From the IMG/VR virus record IMGVR_UViG_3300029703_000007: DNA of 51,280 nt; one strand, written 5' to 3'. The notes under the pieces are model-generated. The model ran no database searches. It was not told where the DNA came from and was given only the letters and a program-made list of their open reading frames with translations. The stretch is from a virus. A program made the position numbers and the translations under genes. Each line of letters opens with the position of its first letter. Position 1 is the stretch's first letter. Shown here one piece after another: positions 7,535 to 15,995 of the stretch.

Positions 7535-7790
7535 ATGAATGTTGGAAAAGTAACTTTAAATAAAAACATGGCGATTTAAATCTATTTATACTGGTAATGT
7601 TTGGAGAACTGCTGTAGCTACTCCGTTAGCAAATATTAAAGCAGGGGATACAGGTATTACAAGTATTAATTATATCGGATATAGAATTTTAGACGATAAT
7701 ATTATTGCACACAAAAGTGATATTGAATTGTTAACTAATCTTATAAACGATTTAACAACTAGATTAACAGCTTTAGAAAATAAAACATAG
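7535..7790 (+). pseudogene. Frame-disrupted small gene: ATG 7535 stops at 7577-7579; +1 frame open 7560-7790
   Basis: AAGGG SD before ATG 7535; removing one A from the A5 run 7562-7566 gives an 84-aa ORF MNVGKVTLNKTWRFKSIYTGNVW...LTALENKT. Confidence 0.5.
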
Positions 7791-7811
7791 TTATAACGAA
7801 AAGGGGGTAAT

Positions 7812-8393
7812 ATGATTTATCTGATTTCATTGGGAATTGTCGTTATTTCGGCGCTGTTATGGCGCATTCGCGGCGGACTTTGGAAAGAATATATCCCGGA
7901 AAATAAAATCTGGTATGCGCTTTTTTTCGGCATTTTGGGGTATTTTTATTTTGGAAACAGCCTCGAGAAAGCCGTTGTCGGCTGCATTGCTTGTTTCACG
8001 TCTTATAAGCTTTATGGCTGGGGACTGTATATCGGTCGGCTGCTGGAGGGCGGCCAGCTTAATCCGAACCTTGTGCAATATCGGGAGTGTGAGCTGATAG
8101 ACGATTTGCTTTATTCCTGCCGAATTACTTTTAAAGGCAAAACTATCTGGTTGTATGAATATCCGAAACTGTTCGGCTTTTGCGGTACGACGTTGACCGG
8201 TCTAATCATTACATTTTTGTGGGGTTTGTATTTTGGCAGCCTGCCGCTAATGCTTTCCGGTATTGCAATGGGTGTGTGTTACTGGGGTGGCGGTTTGCTT
8301 GAGAAACTTAAAGCGCTGGGAAAATCCGGCTGGAATTGGGGGGAATACATCTTCGGTGCTTATCTCGGCGGCTGGCTGGTGTGGATAATTTAA
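7812..8393 (+). CDS. Polytopic membrane protein (193 aa), holin candidate immediately upstream of endolysin
   Basis: ORF track; 5-6 hydrophobic segments; stop/start TAATATG junction with endolysin gene. Confidence 0.5.
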   Translation: MIYLISLGIVVISALLWRIRGGLWKEYIPENKIWYALFFGILGYFYFGNSLEKAVVGCIACFTSYKLYGWGLYIGRLLEGGQLNPNLVQYRECELIDDLLYSCRITFKGKTIWLYEYPKLFGFCGTTLTGLIITFLWGLYFGSLPLMLSGIAMGVCYWGGGLLEKLKALGKSGWNWGEYIFGAYLGGWLVWII

Positions 8394-8394
8394 T

Positions 8395-8820
8395 ATGTAC
8401 AGAAATAAAGATGTAGATATTCTTGCCAGAACTATATACGGGGAGGCAAGGGGAGAAGCAAAAATTGGTAAATGTGCCGTTGCATCGGTTATTTTAAACA
8501 GATATAAAGCACATAAATGGTTTTCGGGTAAAACTATCGCGGATACATGCCAATTTTGCGTCAAAGGCTCAAAATACCATCAATTTAGTTGCTGGAATGA
8601 GGATGACCCGAATTTTACCTTAATTAATCGCATTTCTGAAAGTGATAAAGTCTTTTGCGAATGTATAGATATAGCAGAGAAATATATATCTGGAATTTAT
8701 AAAGACGTGGTTTGCGGAGCCTGCCATTATTGCGCTGTTGGGGTTAACCCTGCGTGGGCAAAAGGAAAAAAACCTGATTTACGAATCGGTCGTCATTTAT
8801 TTTATTGTGAGGTTGAATGA
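8395..8820 (+). CDS. Endolysin, SleB/Hydrolase_2-type cell-wall hydrolase (141 aa)
   Basis: ILARTIYGEARGE...VASVILNR...CWND motif pattern typical of SleB-family hydrolases. Confidence 0.8.
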   Translation: MYRNKDVDILARTIYGEARGEAKIGKCAVASVILNRYKAHKWFSGKTIADTCQFCVKGSKYHQFSCWNEDDPNFTLINRISESDKVFCECIDIAEKYISGIYKDVVCGACHYCAVGVNPAWAKGKKPDLRIGRHLFYCEVE

Positions 8821-9032
8821 AATATGCGATTTTTGTTGGTATTCTTCTCCTTGTTATTAGTGGAACTTATTATACTGGCTATCGGGTGGGAAGTTCTGAC
8901 ACAAAAATTGAATATATAGAAAAAGAGGTTATTAAATATGTGGAAGTTGAAAAAGCGAAGTCGGCAATTTATTCTTCTGCTAATATTGACCGTGATACTG
9001 CTTTGCGGATGTACTCAGAAAATAAATTCTAA
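8817..9032 (+). CDS. i-spanin-like protein (71 aa, N-terminal TM)
   Basis: ATGA overlap with endolysin; TM IFVGILLLVISGTYY then charged coiled region. Confidence 0.55.
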   Translation: MKYAIFVGILLLVISGTYYTGYRVGSSDTKIEYIEKEVIKYVEVEKAKSAIYSSANIDRDTALRMYSENKF

Positions 9033-9171
9033 CCCTTGTCCTGTATATCCAATAGGGGGAGAAAAAGTAGGTAAAGAATTGACCAATATCCCATATAATG
9101 GTTATGAGAATTTTTGGGAACATCAAGCAAGACTTTATAAATTAAAACAGGAATTAGATTTATGTAAATAA
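8938..9171 (+). CDS. o-spanin-like lipoprotein (77 aa) starting inside the i-spanin gene in another frame
   Basis: Signal plus lipobox-like ILLCGC; overlapped Rz/Rz1-type architecture. Confidence 0.55.
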   Translation: MWKLKKRSRQFILLLILTVILLCGCTQKINSNPCPVYPIGGEKVGKELTNIPYNGYENFWEHQARLYKLKQELDLCK

Positions 9172-9174
9172 AAA

Positions 9175-9200
9175 GCCCGGTAGGCACCCACCTTCCGGGC
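9175..9200 (-). terminator. GC-rich hairpin with U-tract only on the minus strand
   Basis: GCCCGGTAGG/CCTTCCGGGC stem (one mismatch); minus-strand reading followed by TTTTTATTTA. Confidence 0.5.
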
Positions 9201-9210
9201 AAATGAGTAA

Positions 9211-9687
9211 ATGTTATCGCAAACGCCAATAACACGCATAGTATATGATAAAATTTGGCAGATGTCAATGCAAATTTGGGTAGACGGGGCTTTTAATTGT
9301 AAAACGAAAGATGCCGGATTAGGAATTTTAATTCGGGAAATGATACCAAACGGCACTAAAGAAACCAGATTACATATAAAAACTAAAGCTGAAGATAATA
9401 ATCAAGCAGAATTGCTCGCCATATATCACGCCCTTCAACATATTAAAGGATGTAAACCTAAAGAACCTGTTTTTATTATTACAGATAGTCAAATTGCTAT
9501 TGATAGTATAAATAATCCAGAAAACAAAAAACTTAAATATAGAGAGATAGCGGAAAGAATACGAGCTATGTTATATTGTGAAAAATGGAAAATATATCAT
9601 AAAAAAGCACACACTGGTGGGAAAGATAGATATTCAATTTATCAAAACCTTACAGATAAACTTGCAAAAAAAATTGATTTACAGTAA
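9211..9687 (+). CDS. Ribonuclease H (RNase HI family)
   Basis: WVDGAF, NNQAELLAI, ITDSQ, KAHTG, DKLAK catalytic pattern; alternative start ATG 9262. Confidence 0.85.
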   Translation: MLSQTPITRIVYDKIWQMSMQIWVDGAFNCKTKDAGLGILIREMIPNGTKETRLHIKTKAEDNNQAELLAIYHALQHIKGCKPKEPVFIITDSQIAIDSINNPENKKLKYREIAERIRAMLYCEKWKIYHKKAHTGGKDRYSIYQNLTDKLAKKIDLQ

Positions 9688-9721
9688 AATGTTAGTACTA
9701 ACTCCATATGGTAACTGACAA

Positions 9722-9782
9722 GCCCTCCTGCTTCAGGCATCATTAGAAATAATGATATACAGCTTCTCGGAGGGCGTTTTTT
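9722..9782 (+). terminator. Terminator at the convergent junction (long compound hairpin + T6)
   Basis: GCCCTCC(9722-9728)...GGAGGGC(9769-9775) enclosing ATCATT/AATGAT hairpin, followed by GTTTTTTAT. Confidence 0.6.
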
Positions 9783-10014
9783 ATAAAAGACCGTTTCTTT
9801 CTTTACAAACAATTTCGGCAGTATGTAAATCAAAGAAAATATCATTTATGTTAGTATATATTTTATGATTTTCAGATTTGATAATAATTTCTAGTTTATT
9901 ATTGGTTATATTAACACCTTCGATATGCCAATCTTCTTTGCTGACTACCCAGCCGTTATCAATCCACCAATCATAATCTTTTTGAATATAAAAAACTTTA
10001 TCCCCGATTTTCAT
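9781..10014 (-). CDS. Hypothetical protein (77 aa)
   Basis: ORF track; ATGA-type coupling with upstream gene. Confidence 0.55.
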   Translation of the reverse strand: MKIGDKVFYIQKDYDWWIDNGWVVSKEDWHIEGVNITNNKLEIIIKSENHKIYTNINDIFFDLHTAEIVCKERNGLL

Positions 10015-10220
10015 TTTAACAATCCCATGTTATTTTTAAGTTCACGATGATAACCATAAATAATACCGTCAACGTCTTTAACGTAAACATCCATACCATA
10101 AGGTAAAATTTCCAATAGTTCGTTTAGATTTTTTTCAAATTTTATCTTCGAACATTTTTCAATCATTGTTAAAGGCGGTAAGCCAGTTTCAACATATTGT
10201 CCGATATAAAAAGTATACAT
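10011..10220 (-). CDS. Hypothetical protein (69 aa)
   Basis: ORF track; GGAGGATG SD. Confidence 0.55.
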   Translation of the reverse strand: MYTFYIGQYVETGLPPLTMIEKCSKIKFEKNLNELLEILPYGMDVYVKDVDGIIYGYHRELKNNMGLLK

Positions 10221-10229
10221 AACATCCTC

Positions 10230-12263
10230 CTATATAATAAGTTTTTGAGCTTCTTGAATGTACCAATCGTAATTGATATTATCCCATTTAAAAGTTTCAA
10301 TATCGTTAACAACTGTGACTTTATATCCGGCCGCTAATCCTGTAACACGTTCCTCGTATTTTGATTTATTCTTTGTGCAAACTCTTTCATCCCATTCACC
10401 GCCTGTTTCAGCCATGACCCTATTATATTCCGTTTCAGTAATACCATTTCGACGTTTATAAGCTCCTACCGGTCCAGCGGGTGCCATACGTTTGCTAAGA
10501 TATTCACCTTCTTTGCTAATATAATAACGGGTATTTTTTTGTACTGGCATATTACCCCAAAAAAGCTGCGCCCCACCTCTGGCTTTTGCCGAACAGCAAA
10601 AATCATAAGGATTGTAAGACGTTTTAATAAATGTTTCAATATCTATACCGTTTATCATATTTGCAACAGCAGCACGAACACTGACAACGTTCGAAAAATC
10701 CTTATGCCATGCCGGGGGTTGAGCTGAAGCTATATCCTCAAAATAATTTTCCGCACTTGGTGTCCAATAGGCTCCTTTGAGTTTGAAGTTACTATCTCCA
10801 CTAACAGCAATATAATTGTTTACATCCCTAATATACATACGGTCATATCTAGCCTCTTCCAATTGCAAACCTGTCAATTCCTGCCAATGGTTGCAAATAT
10901 CCACAGATTGCTGATAGTTATTTTTATGTATATAATATGTTATACCATCAGTATTAGCTTGTATAACTTGCAACGTCGGTACATCCAATAACTGCTCTAA
11001 AAGCATTGAGAGCATAAGCTGTCCATTAACGGTAATCGACATTGTAAATTTAGGGTCGTAAAAAACGCTGAAAATACTGTTTGATTTGCCGTAAGCACCA
11101 TTAAGCGCAAGTTTGATAGCATTAGCTTCTGTGCATTTTTTACCCTTTTCTTTTTGCCATTTTTTACGCTCTTTTTTCAAATCACCGTAAATATCTGCAA
11201 ATCTTGTTCCTAAATGTTCTGGATGCAATCTATTGACGATAGCAATTGAAGGATATAGAGAACTGACATCAACATCAACTATCCACCAATCGGCAGATGC
11301 TTGAATGCGTTTCTTTTCAACAGAGCCATGAATCCCGCCGGTACCGTAATGATATTCTACATTTCCAACGGTTGTTGTCAAATCTGTAAATACTCCTTTA
11401 CTTTTAATAGTAGCTATAGAATCTTCACTTGTAGCATTAAGTTCGTCACTTTTAAGAGTTTGAGCACACATGTAGTCGTAAATATGCTTAAATTCTGGTT
11501 TTTTAAAATTTACATAAGGAAAAATAACATCTTTCAACGCCACTGACGTTCGAGGTGTTTGACGCATTTTACGCCGTCCGGTAGACATATCATAACAAAC
11601 TTCATCACCTAAACGCTGAATAATGGTCTGTTCGCCGATTTTCGTATCATTCCAGTTATAAACATCGACACCAAATTGTTCTTCAAGCCCTTGTCTAAAT
11701 TCAATAGCATGATGAGCGTATTTGGCAAAACGTTTAGTTTCTTGCACATCGTGTATATTGTAAGGGATAAGTAAAGTTTCAACCTGCTCTTTGGTAAGTA
11801 CAGTTCCATCTTTAATAGGCATATCCTGAACAAAAGGCGCACGCATATTTATTTGTAAAGCTTTTAATGATGTAGCTTTAGCTTTATTGTCAAAATGATG
11901 CATTTTAAATAAATCTACTTGTGGCGTAAAACGGTCAGAAGCCCATATGATATGACCAAATTTGTTATCAGCGTTAATAATATCCATAGCTTTTGTATAA
12001 AGTTGCTGATAACTTGCTGAAGGATTATTCCAAAGAAAATGAATTACCGGATAGTCAAAATTAATGTTGTTAAAGCCTATCATAGGTGTTTGGCTTGTTG
12101 CAAGTTCTTTAAAAAATGCCAAAAGTTGTTTGCGGTCATCACGAAATTCAGAAATTTCCCAAACTGAATGTACATCAGAATTTAACATTTCCATTGAAAA
12201 TGTAAAACAATTTGGAAAAGTTTCAATATCGTATACTATAGCATTTACAAAATTAAGAGACAT
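10230..12263 (-). CDS. Family B DNA polymerase with 3'-5' exonuclease (677 aa; ORF-track start 12317)
   Basis: Exo I YDIETFPN, Exo II NNINFDYPV, motif A DVSSLYPS, motif B KLALNGAYGK, motif C QANTDGI; GGTGG SD before ATG 12263. Confidence 0.9.
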   Translation of the reverse strand: MSLNFVNAIVYDIETFPNCFTFSMEMLNSDVHSVWEISEFRDDRKQLLAFFKELATSQTPMIGFNNINFDYPVIHFLWNNPSASYQQLYTKAMDIINADNKFGHIIWASDRFTPQVDLFKMHHFDNKAKATSLKALQINMRAPFVQDMPIKDGTVLTKEQVETLLIPYNIHDVQETKRFAKYAHHAIEFRQGLEEQFGVDVYNWNDTKIGEQTIIQRLGDEVCYDMSTGRRKMRQTPRTSVALKDVIFPYVNFKKPEFKHIYDYMCAQTLKSDELNATSEDSIATIKSKGVFTDLTTTVGNVEYHYGTGGIHGSVEKKRIQASADWWIVDVDVSSLYPSIAIVNRLHPEHLGTRFADIYGDLKKERKKWQKEKGKKCTEANAIKLALNGAYGKSNSIFSVFYDPKFTMSITVNGQLMLSMLLEQLLDVPTLQVIQANTDGITYYIHKNNYQQSVDICNHWQELTGLQLEEARYDRMYIRDVNNYIAVSGDSNFKLKGAYWTPSAENYFEDIASAQPPAWHKDFSNVVSVRAAVANMINGIDIETFIKTSYNPYDFCCSAKARGGAQLFWGNMPVQKNTRYYISKEGEYLSKRMAPAGPVGAYKRRNGITETEYNRVMAETGGEWDERVCTKNKSKYEERVTGLAAGYKVTVVNDIETFKWDNINYDWYIQEAQKLII

Positions 12264-12321
12264 TTTACCACCATTCAAAAATACGTCCGTAAATTGGTAA
12301 AACCATAGCTTGCACAATTAT

Positions 12322-12420
12322 TCAAGCTATAAAACCATGTTCTTTTTTACAATGTGCAATATCTTGAAGAAGAGCAATGACAAACCAGAAAACAGCGGCA
12401 TAAATAACAATCCCATCCAT
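12322..12420 (-). CDS. 32-aa hydrophobic peptide (MDGIVIYAAVFWFVIALLQDIAHCKKEHGFIA)
   Basis: Hand translation; ATG one nt after stop of upstream gene; fills gap before polymerase. Confidence 0.35.
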   Translation of the reverse strand: MDGIVIYAAVFWFVIALLQDIAHCKKEHGFIA

Positions 12421-12421
12421 T

Positions 12422-12727
12422 TTAATCTTCTTTCATTGCATTTAGTAAATTAAAAGGTTTTTCTTGTAAAACTGGATAAAGAAAATTTGTTAAAACTTCA
12501 ACAATTCTTTCTTCTTCATCATTTTTATTCAAATAACCATTTCGATAACAAATGTGAAGTATTTCATGCAGTAAAACATTTTCTTGTACCTGTAAAGGCA
12601 TGCTTTTATTTATAAAAATTTTAGCCTCAGCAAATTTTGCTTTTCCCATGTTATCGTCACAATATTCACCGTCAATCATTTTAATTTCATAATCAATGCC
12701 GGCAATGTTTAAAACTTTTTTAGACAT
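12422..12727 (-). CDS. Minimal ImmA/IrrE-like HExxH metallopeptidase (101 aa; ORF-track start 12829)
   Basis: AKIFINKSMPLQVQENVLLHEILHI matches the ...I.IN......TL.HE..H pattern of COG2856-type peptidases. Confidence 0.55.
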   Translation of the reverse strand: MSKKVLNIAGIDYEIKMIDGEYCDDNMGKAKFAEAKIFINKSMPLQVQENVLLHEILHICYRNGYLNKNDEEERIVEVLTNFLYPVLQEKPFNLLNAMKED

Positions 12728-12728
12728 T

Positions 12729-13085
12729 TTAATTCTCCACATGATGATAACTGCCTTCAGCAGTTTTCTGCCATACCCGAGCTTTATTTTTTTGATGTTT
12801 ATTGTAAACCTGTTTGTAAAAAACATCATTGTAATGAGTTACATCATTTAATAACCCTAAAGTAATAATTTTTCCAGTAATTGAATGCCAACGTGCAAGA
12901 CCGCAACAAACGATAAAAACATCAGCTAATTCTTTCCCAGAATCTTCAACAGTTACAGCCTCTTTCCATTCTCTAAGTTCTTCTTCAAGTTTCAAAAGTT
13001 GACCATTAAGTGTAGCTGTTGGAAAACAATTTAAATGCCATTCAGTAATTTCTGTAGCTAATTCAATCCATTTCTTTTTGTTCAT
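12729..13085 (-). CDS. MazG-like all-alpha NTP pyrophosphohydrolase (118 aa)
   Basis: LKLEEELREWKEA...GKELADVFIV = EExxE...ExxD metal-binding pattern. Confidence 0.55.
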   Translation of the reverse strand: MNKKKWIELATEITEWHLNCFPTATLNGQLLKLEEELREWKEAVTVEDSGKELADVFIVCCGLARWHSITGKIITLGLLNDVTHYNDVFYKQVYNKHQKNKARVWQKTAEGSYHHVEN

Positions 13086-13266
13086 TTTTTAAACCTTTTA
13101 ATATTTCTGGACGTATATAAAATTTATAAATGCAATCAGCATTCGCAGCAATTTCATCAGTTGTAAAAATTTTTAAATCGACAAGCGTTGTAATTAATGC
13201 CGTAAGAATTACATAATTATGTAAGTCTCCATATTTCAAATCTTTAAAATCTTCAGGTAATACCAT
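13063..13266 (-). CDS. Hypothetical protein (67 aa)
   Basis: ORF track. Confidence 0.5.
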   Translation of the reverse strand: MVLPEDFKDLKYGDLHNYVILTALITTLVDLKIFTTDEIAANADCIYKFYIRPEILKGLKNEQKEMD

Positions 13267-13327
13267 AAATATCTCCTAACTTTAATAAATTGACAGACTT
13301 TTACCGGTCTGTCGGCGGTTGTCAACA

Positions 13328-14194
13328 TCAATACGGGACCCTATCCTGTATCAAACTGTTAAACGGTTGAACGGGCTGCTGTCCAGCAGGTGCCATAGGC
13401 ATACCCATAGGAGCCTGCGGCTGTTGCGGCATCGACATACCCTGAGCGTTGTTAACAAAGTCATAAGCCGGTGCAGGCATTGCAGGTGCAGCAGGTGCCA
13501 TAGGCATACCCATAGGAGCCTGCGGCATAGGCATTGGTGCTGTCCCAGGTGCTGAACTAATAGGTGCTGCGGATGCTCCAGCCGGAACAGCAGGGGCCTG
13601 ACCACCAAACAACTTCATCGGGTCAGCGTTTATTGAACCTTTAATTGCCTGACCGTATCCAACAAGCTCATAAGCATTCGGATTCCAGTAAATGCCACCA
13701 TCTTTTTCGGTATGTACAGTTAAATTGACACTTGCAACAACATAATCACCAGTTTTAACCTCTCCTGCTTCAACTTTACGATAAGCGCCGTTTTCAAATT
13801 TGTAAGTTGAAGGACAAAAAGCTGATGTACGAATTTTAATGATATAACACCCTTTATAACCATCACGGGTATTATACGGTACATTTGACCCCTGCGGACA
13901 AGCGGGGCTATCTCCGTTAATAATTTTCCAAGCAAATCTTGTCATTTCAAGTTGCTCAGGATTCGTATTTGCATATTGTGGATAAATTTTTGCAACTTCC
14001 TGAACAATATACGGCCAAACATTCTGCATAAATTCGGTTTTAGGAATTGCAAGGTCGATACGATGTTCTTTGATAGGCTGACCGTTTTTATCTACTTTAG
14101 GCTGTTTGCTATAAAAATCGCTAGCCTGTTCAAATTTATTAGGGTCTCCGCCAACAATACGTCCGGCAGGGAGTTTAAAACATTCTAATGTCAT
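13328..14194 (-). CDS. ssDNA-binding protein (DUF2815-like) with Pro/Ala/Met-rich repeat tail (288 aa)
   Basis: N-terminal FKLPAGRIVGGDP...IDLAIPK pattern and synteny next to DUF2800-like nuclease; low-complexity PMGMPMAPA repeats. Confidence 0.65.
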   Translation of the reverse strand: MTLECFKLPAGRIVGGDPNKFEQASDFYSKQPKVDKNGQPIKEHRIDLAIPKTEFMQNVWPYIVQEVAKIYPQYANTNPEQLEMTRFAWKIINGDSPACPQGSNVPYNTRDGYKGCYIIKIRTSAFCPSTYKFENGAYRKVEAGEVKTGDYVVASVNLTVHTEKDGGIYWNPNAYELVGYGQAIKGSINADPMKLFGGQAPAVPAGASAAPISSAPGTAPMPMPQAPMGMPMAPAAPAMPAPAYDFVNNAQGMSMPQQPQAPMGMPMAPAGQQPVQPFNSLIQDRVPY

Positions 14195-15267
14195 TTCTTT
14201 TCTCCAAAATATTTTTCTGCAATTTTACTTTCATCAACTGCAACGAGTTTCAAACCGTTATCCGGTCTATAAGTGCATTCGGCTACAAAATCCTCTGGTA
14301 CGCCAGCTTTTTTAGCTTGTGCAGGTGTCATAAGCTTTTCAACACGGATGTCAATACCTGTCATTGCTTTAATAAAATCAGCATTGATATTTTTATTCCA
14401 CGTTGTCTGACCTAAAGCCGGGACGATTGAATAACCTTTAACACCATTGCCTTCTGACAATCTGTGCTTTGCTAAATCCTCATAAGCGTCATAAGATTGT
14501 TTTAAGACTTCTTGAGCGCGTTTGAGGTTTGTTAGCATCCATGATAGGCGTTCGTTGCTTATTTCACTATCAAAAGCTAATTCTGCAACGTCCACAGCGT
14601 TCATAGTCGCTATTTGAGCCGCAGGGCATTGAGAGAGCGACTGGCATTTATAGCATTGTGCGCCGCTGCAAACTGTTGGTGAGGGGTTGACAAGAGTTTG
14701 AATTAACTTGTCATGCAGTTGCATCAACTCATTGTAGCTTACCTGCCACTCTCTCATACTCCCTTGCGGATGATACGGTCGGGGTTGAAAAATTTTGAAC
14801 ACTATCAGATTCGGATAATAACCTTCATGTTGTTTGCAAAATCCAATCGCATGACTGATTAATGTCCAATTCATTTTCGGTTCGATAATTTGCCAACCGT
14901 ATTTCAAATCCGCAATGGTTAAAATACCATCAGCACATTTAACGCAATCGGCACGTCCGCGAATTTCCCAGCCGTTACCGGAATAAGATATATCCATTTC
15001 AACCTTGCAATTACCGGAAGTTATAAATTCGAAATAATCACGACAATTTTCGACCATTTCATCGGTTATAAATAAACCGTTCATTGCCGATTGTCCGATT
15101 AATGTTTCTGGGTTAATACCATTTGCAATTTGTTCGGCAAGCCAATGGACAGCATTGCCTTCATCGGTTACTTCAGTTGAAAAATCAAAAGGCTGTATGT
15201 TACCTAAAGATTTATAACCATTGCAGGCCATAAAACGCGGAAGTTCTGTTGCAGTTAATGATAACAT
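14191..15267 (-). CDS. PD-(D/E)XK exonuclease, Cas4/RecB-like (DUF2800-like) with Cys cluster (358 aa)
   Basis: ADLKYGW core motif; CSGAQCYKCQSLSQC cysteines. Confidence 0.7.
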   Translation of the reverse strand: MLSLTATELPRFMACNGYKSLGNIQPFDFSTEVTDEGNAVHWLAEQIANGINPETLIGQSAMNGLFITDEMVENCRDYFEFITSGNCKVEMDISYSGNGWEIRGRADCVKCADGILTIADLKYGWQIIEPKMNWTLISHAIGFCKQHEGYYPNLIVFKIFQPRPYHPQGSMREWQVSYNELMQLHDKLIQTLVNPSPTVCSGAQCYKCQSLSQCPAAQIATMNAVDVAELAFDSEISNERLSWMLTNLKRAQEVLKQSYDAYEDLAKHRLSEGNGVKGYSIVPALGQTTWNKNINADFIKAMTGIDIRVEKLMTPAQAKKAGVPEDFVAECTYRPDNGLKLVAVDESKIAEKYFGEKK

Positions 15268-15270
15268 AAA

Positions 15271-15981
15271 TTACAAACCTTTTTTAACCAATTCATTAAT
15301 TACATATTTAAGAGCCTGTGTATTGTCTCTCAACTCAGCAGCTCCCTGATAAGAAGTGCCGTAAGTAGCATTAACACCGGCAATTACATTCTGCATAAAG
15401 TTGGCATCGAGGATTTTCATCTGCAAACCATTACGCAACTGTTCGAACATTCTGTTATAAAGAGATTCCGGGGTTTCTGTTACAGGAGTTACCGGTGCCT
15501 GCGGAATACTCACAGGAGACTGCGCCGCCATAGGTATTACAGGAGATTCAACAGGGGTTGCCGGAGCGACAGCGTTATTAATAAAATCATACGCAGGGAT
15601 TACAGCCGGCTGTGATACTGTTGAATCAACAGGTACAATCGATGCTGCCGGAGCATAAGGAGTTACCGTAGTCTCAGGGATTACTGATTGTTTTTCTGCA
15701 ACGGGAATCTGTAATTCAGCTTTAATACGGTTATATTCTACATCACTGATACCACGCCGCCGCTGCCAAATACCATTGGAAGTCATTTTATGATTTGAAC
15801 TGTGGATTCTTTCATCCCACGGCAAACCTTCTTTATCCAAAGTTAAGACATCAGATTCTTCAGAATTAGGAATATAAGCAACTTCTGCAATTTCCTTAGT
15901 TTGTTTAACCGGTTCATCAGTTAAAACTTCCGCAATTTTTAACAGCTCATCGACTGTCAGTTCTTCAAGTGTAATTTTCAT
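15271..15981 (-). CDS. Replication-module protein of unknown function (236 aa) sharing short motifs with polymerase and SSB
   Basis: ORF track; LPWDERIH...RRRGISDVEYNRIKAEL and PAYDFINNA motifs. Confidence 0.6.
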   Translation of the reverse strand: MKITLEELTVDELLKIAEVLTDEPVKQTKEIAEVAYIPNSEESDVLTLDKEGLPWDERIHSSNHKMTSNGIWQRRRGISDVEYNRIKAELQIPVAEKQSVIPETTVTPYAPAASIVPVDSTVSQPAVIPAYDFINNAVAPATPVESPVIPMAAQSPVSIPQAPVTPVTETPESLYNRMFEQLRNGLQMKILDANFMQNVIAGVNATYGTSYQGAAELRDNTQALKYVINELVKKGL

Positions 15982-15995
15982 TTCATTTCCTCAAT

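Noticed and set aside
7837-8564. Overlapping ORFs 7837..8097 (+), 7857..8078 (-) and 8247..8564 (-) within the membrane-protein and endolysin genes
   Set aside because: They overlap better-supported genes that have coupling and recognisable motifs, lack an RBS, and sit in a locally GC-richer stretch that suppresses stops.
13319-13608. Plus-strand His/Arg/Cys-rich repetitive ORF (13319..13555) and an alternative minus-frame ORF (13351..13608)
   Set aside because: These are by-products of the in-frame DNA repeat encoding the Pro/Ala/Met-rich SSB tail. The SSB frame is continuous and coupled to its neighbours.
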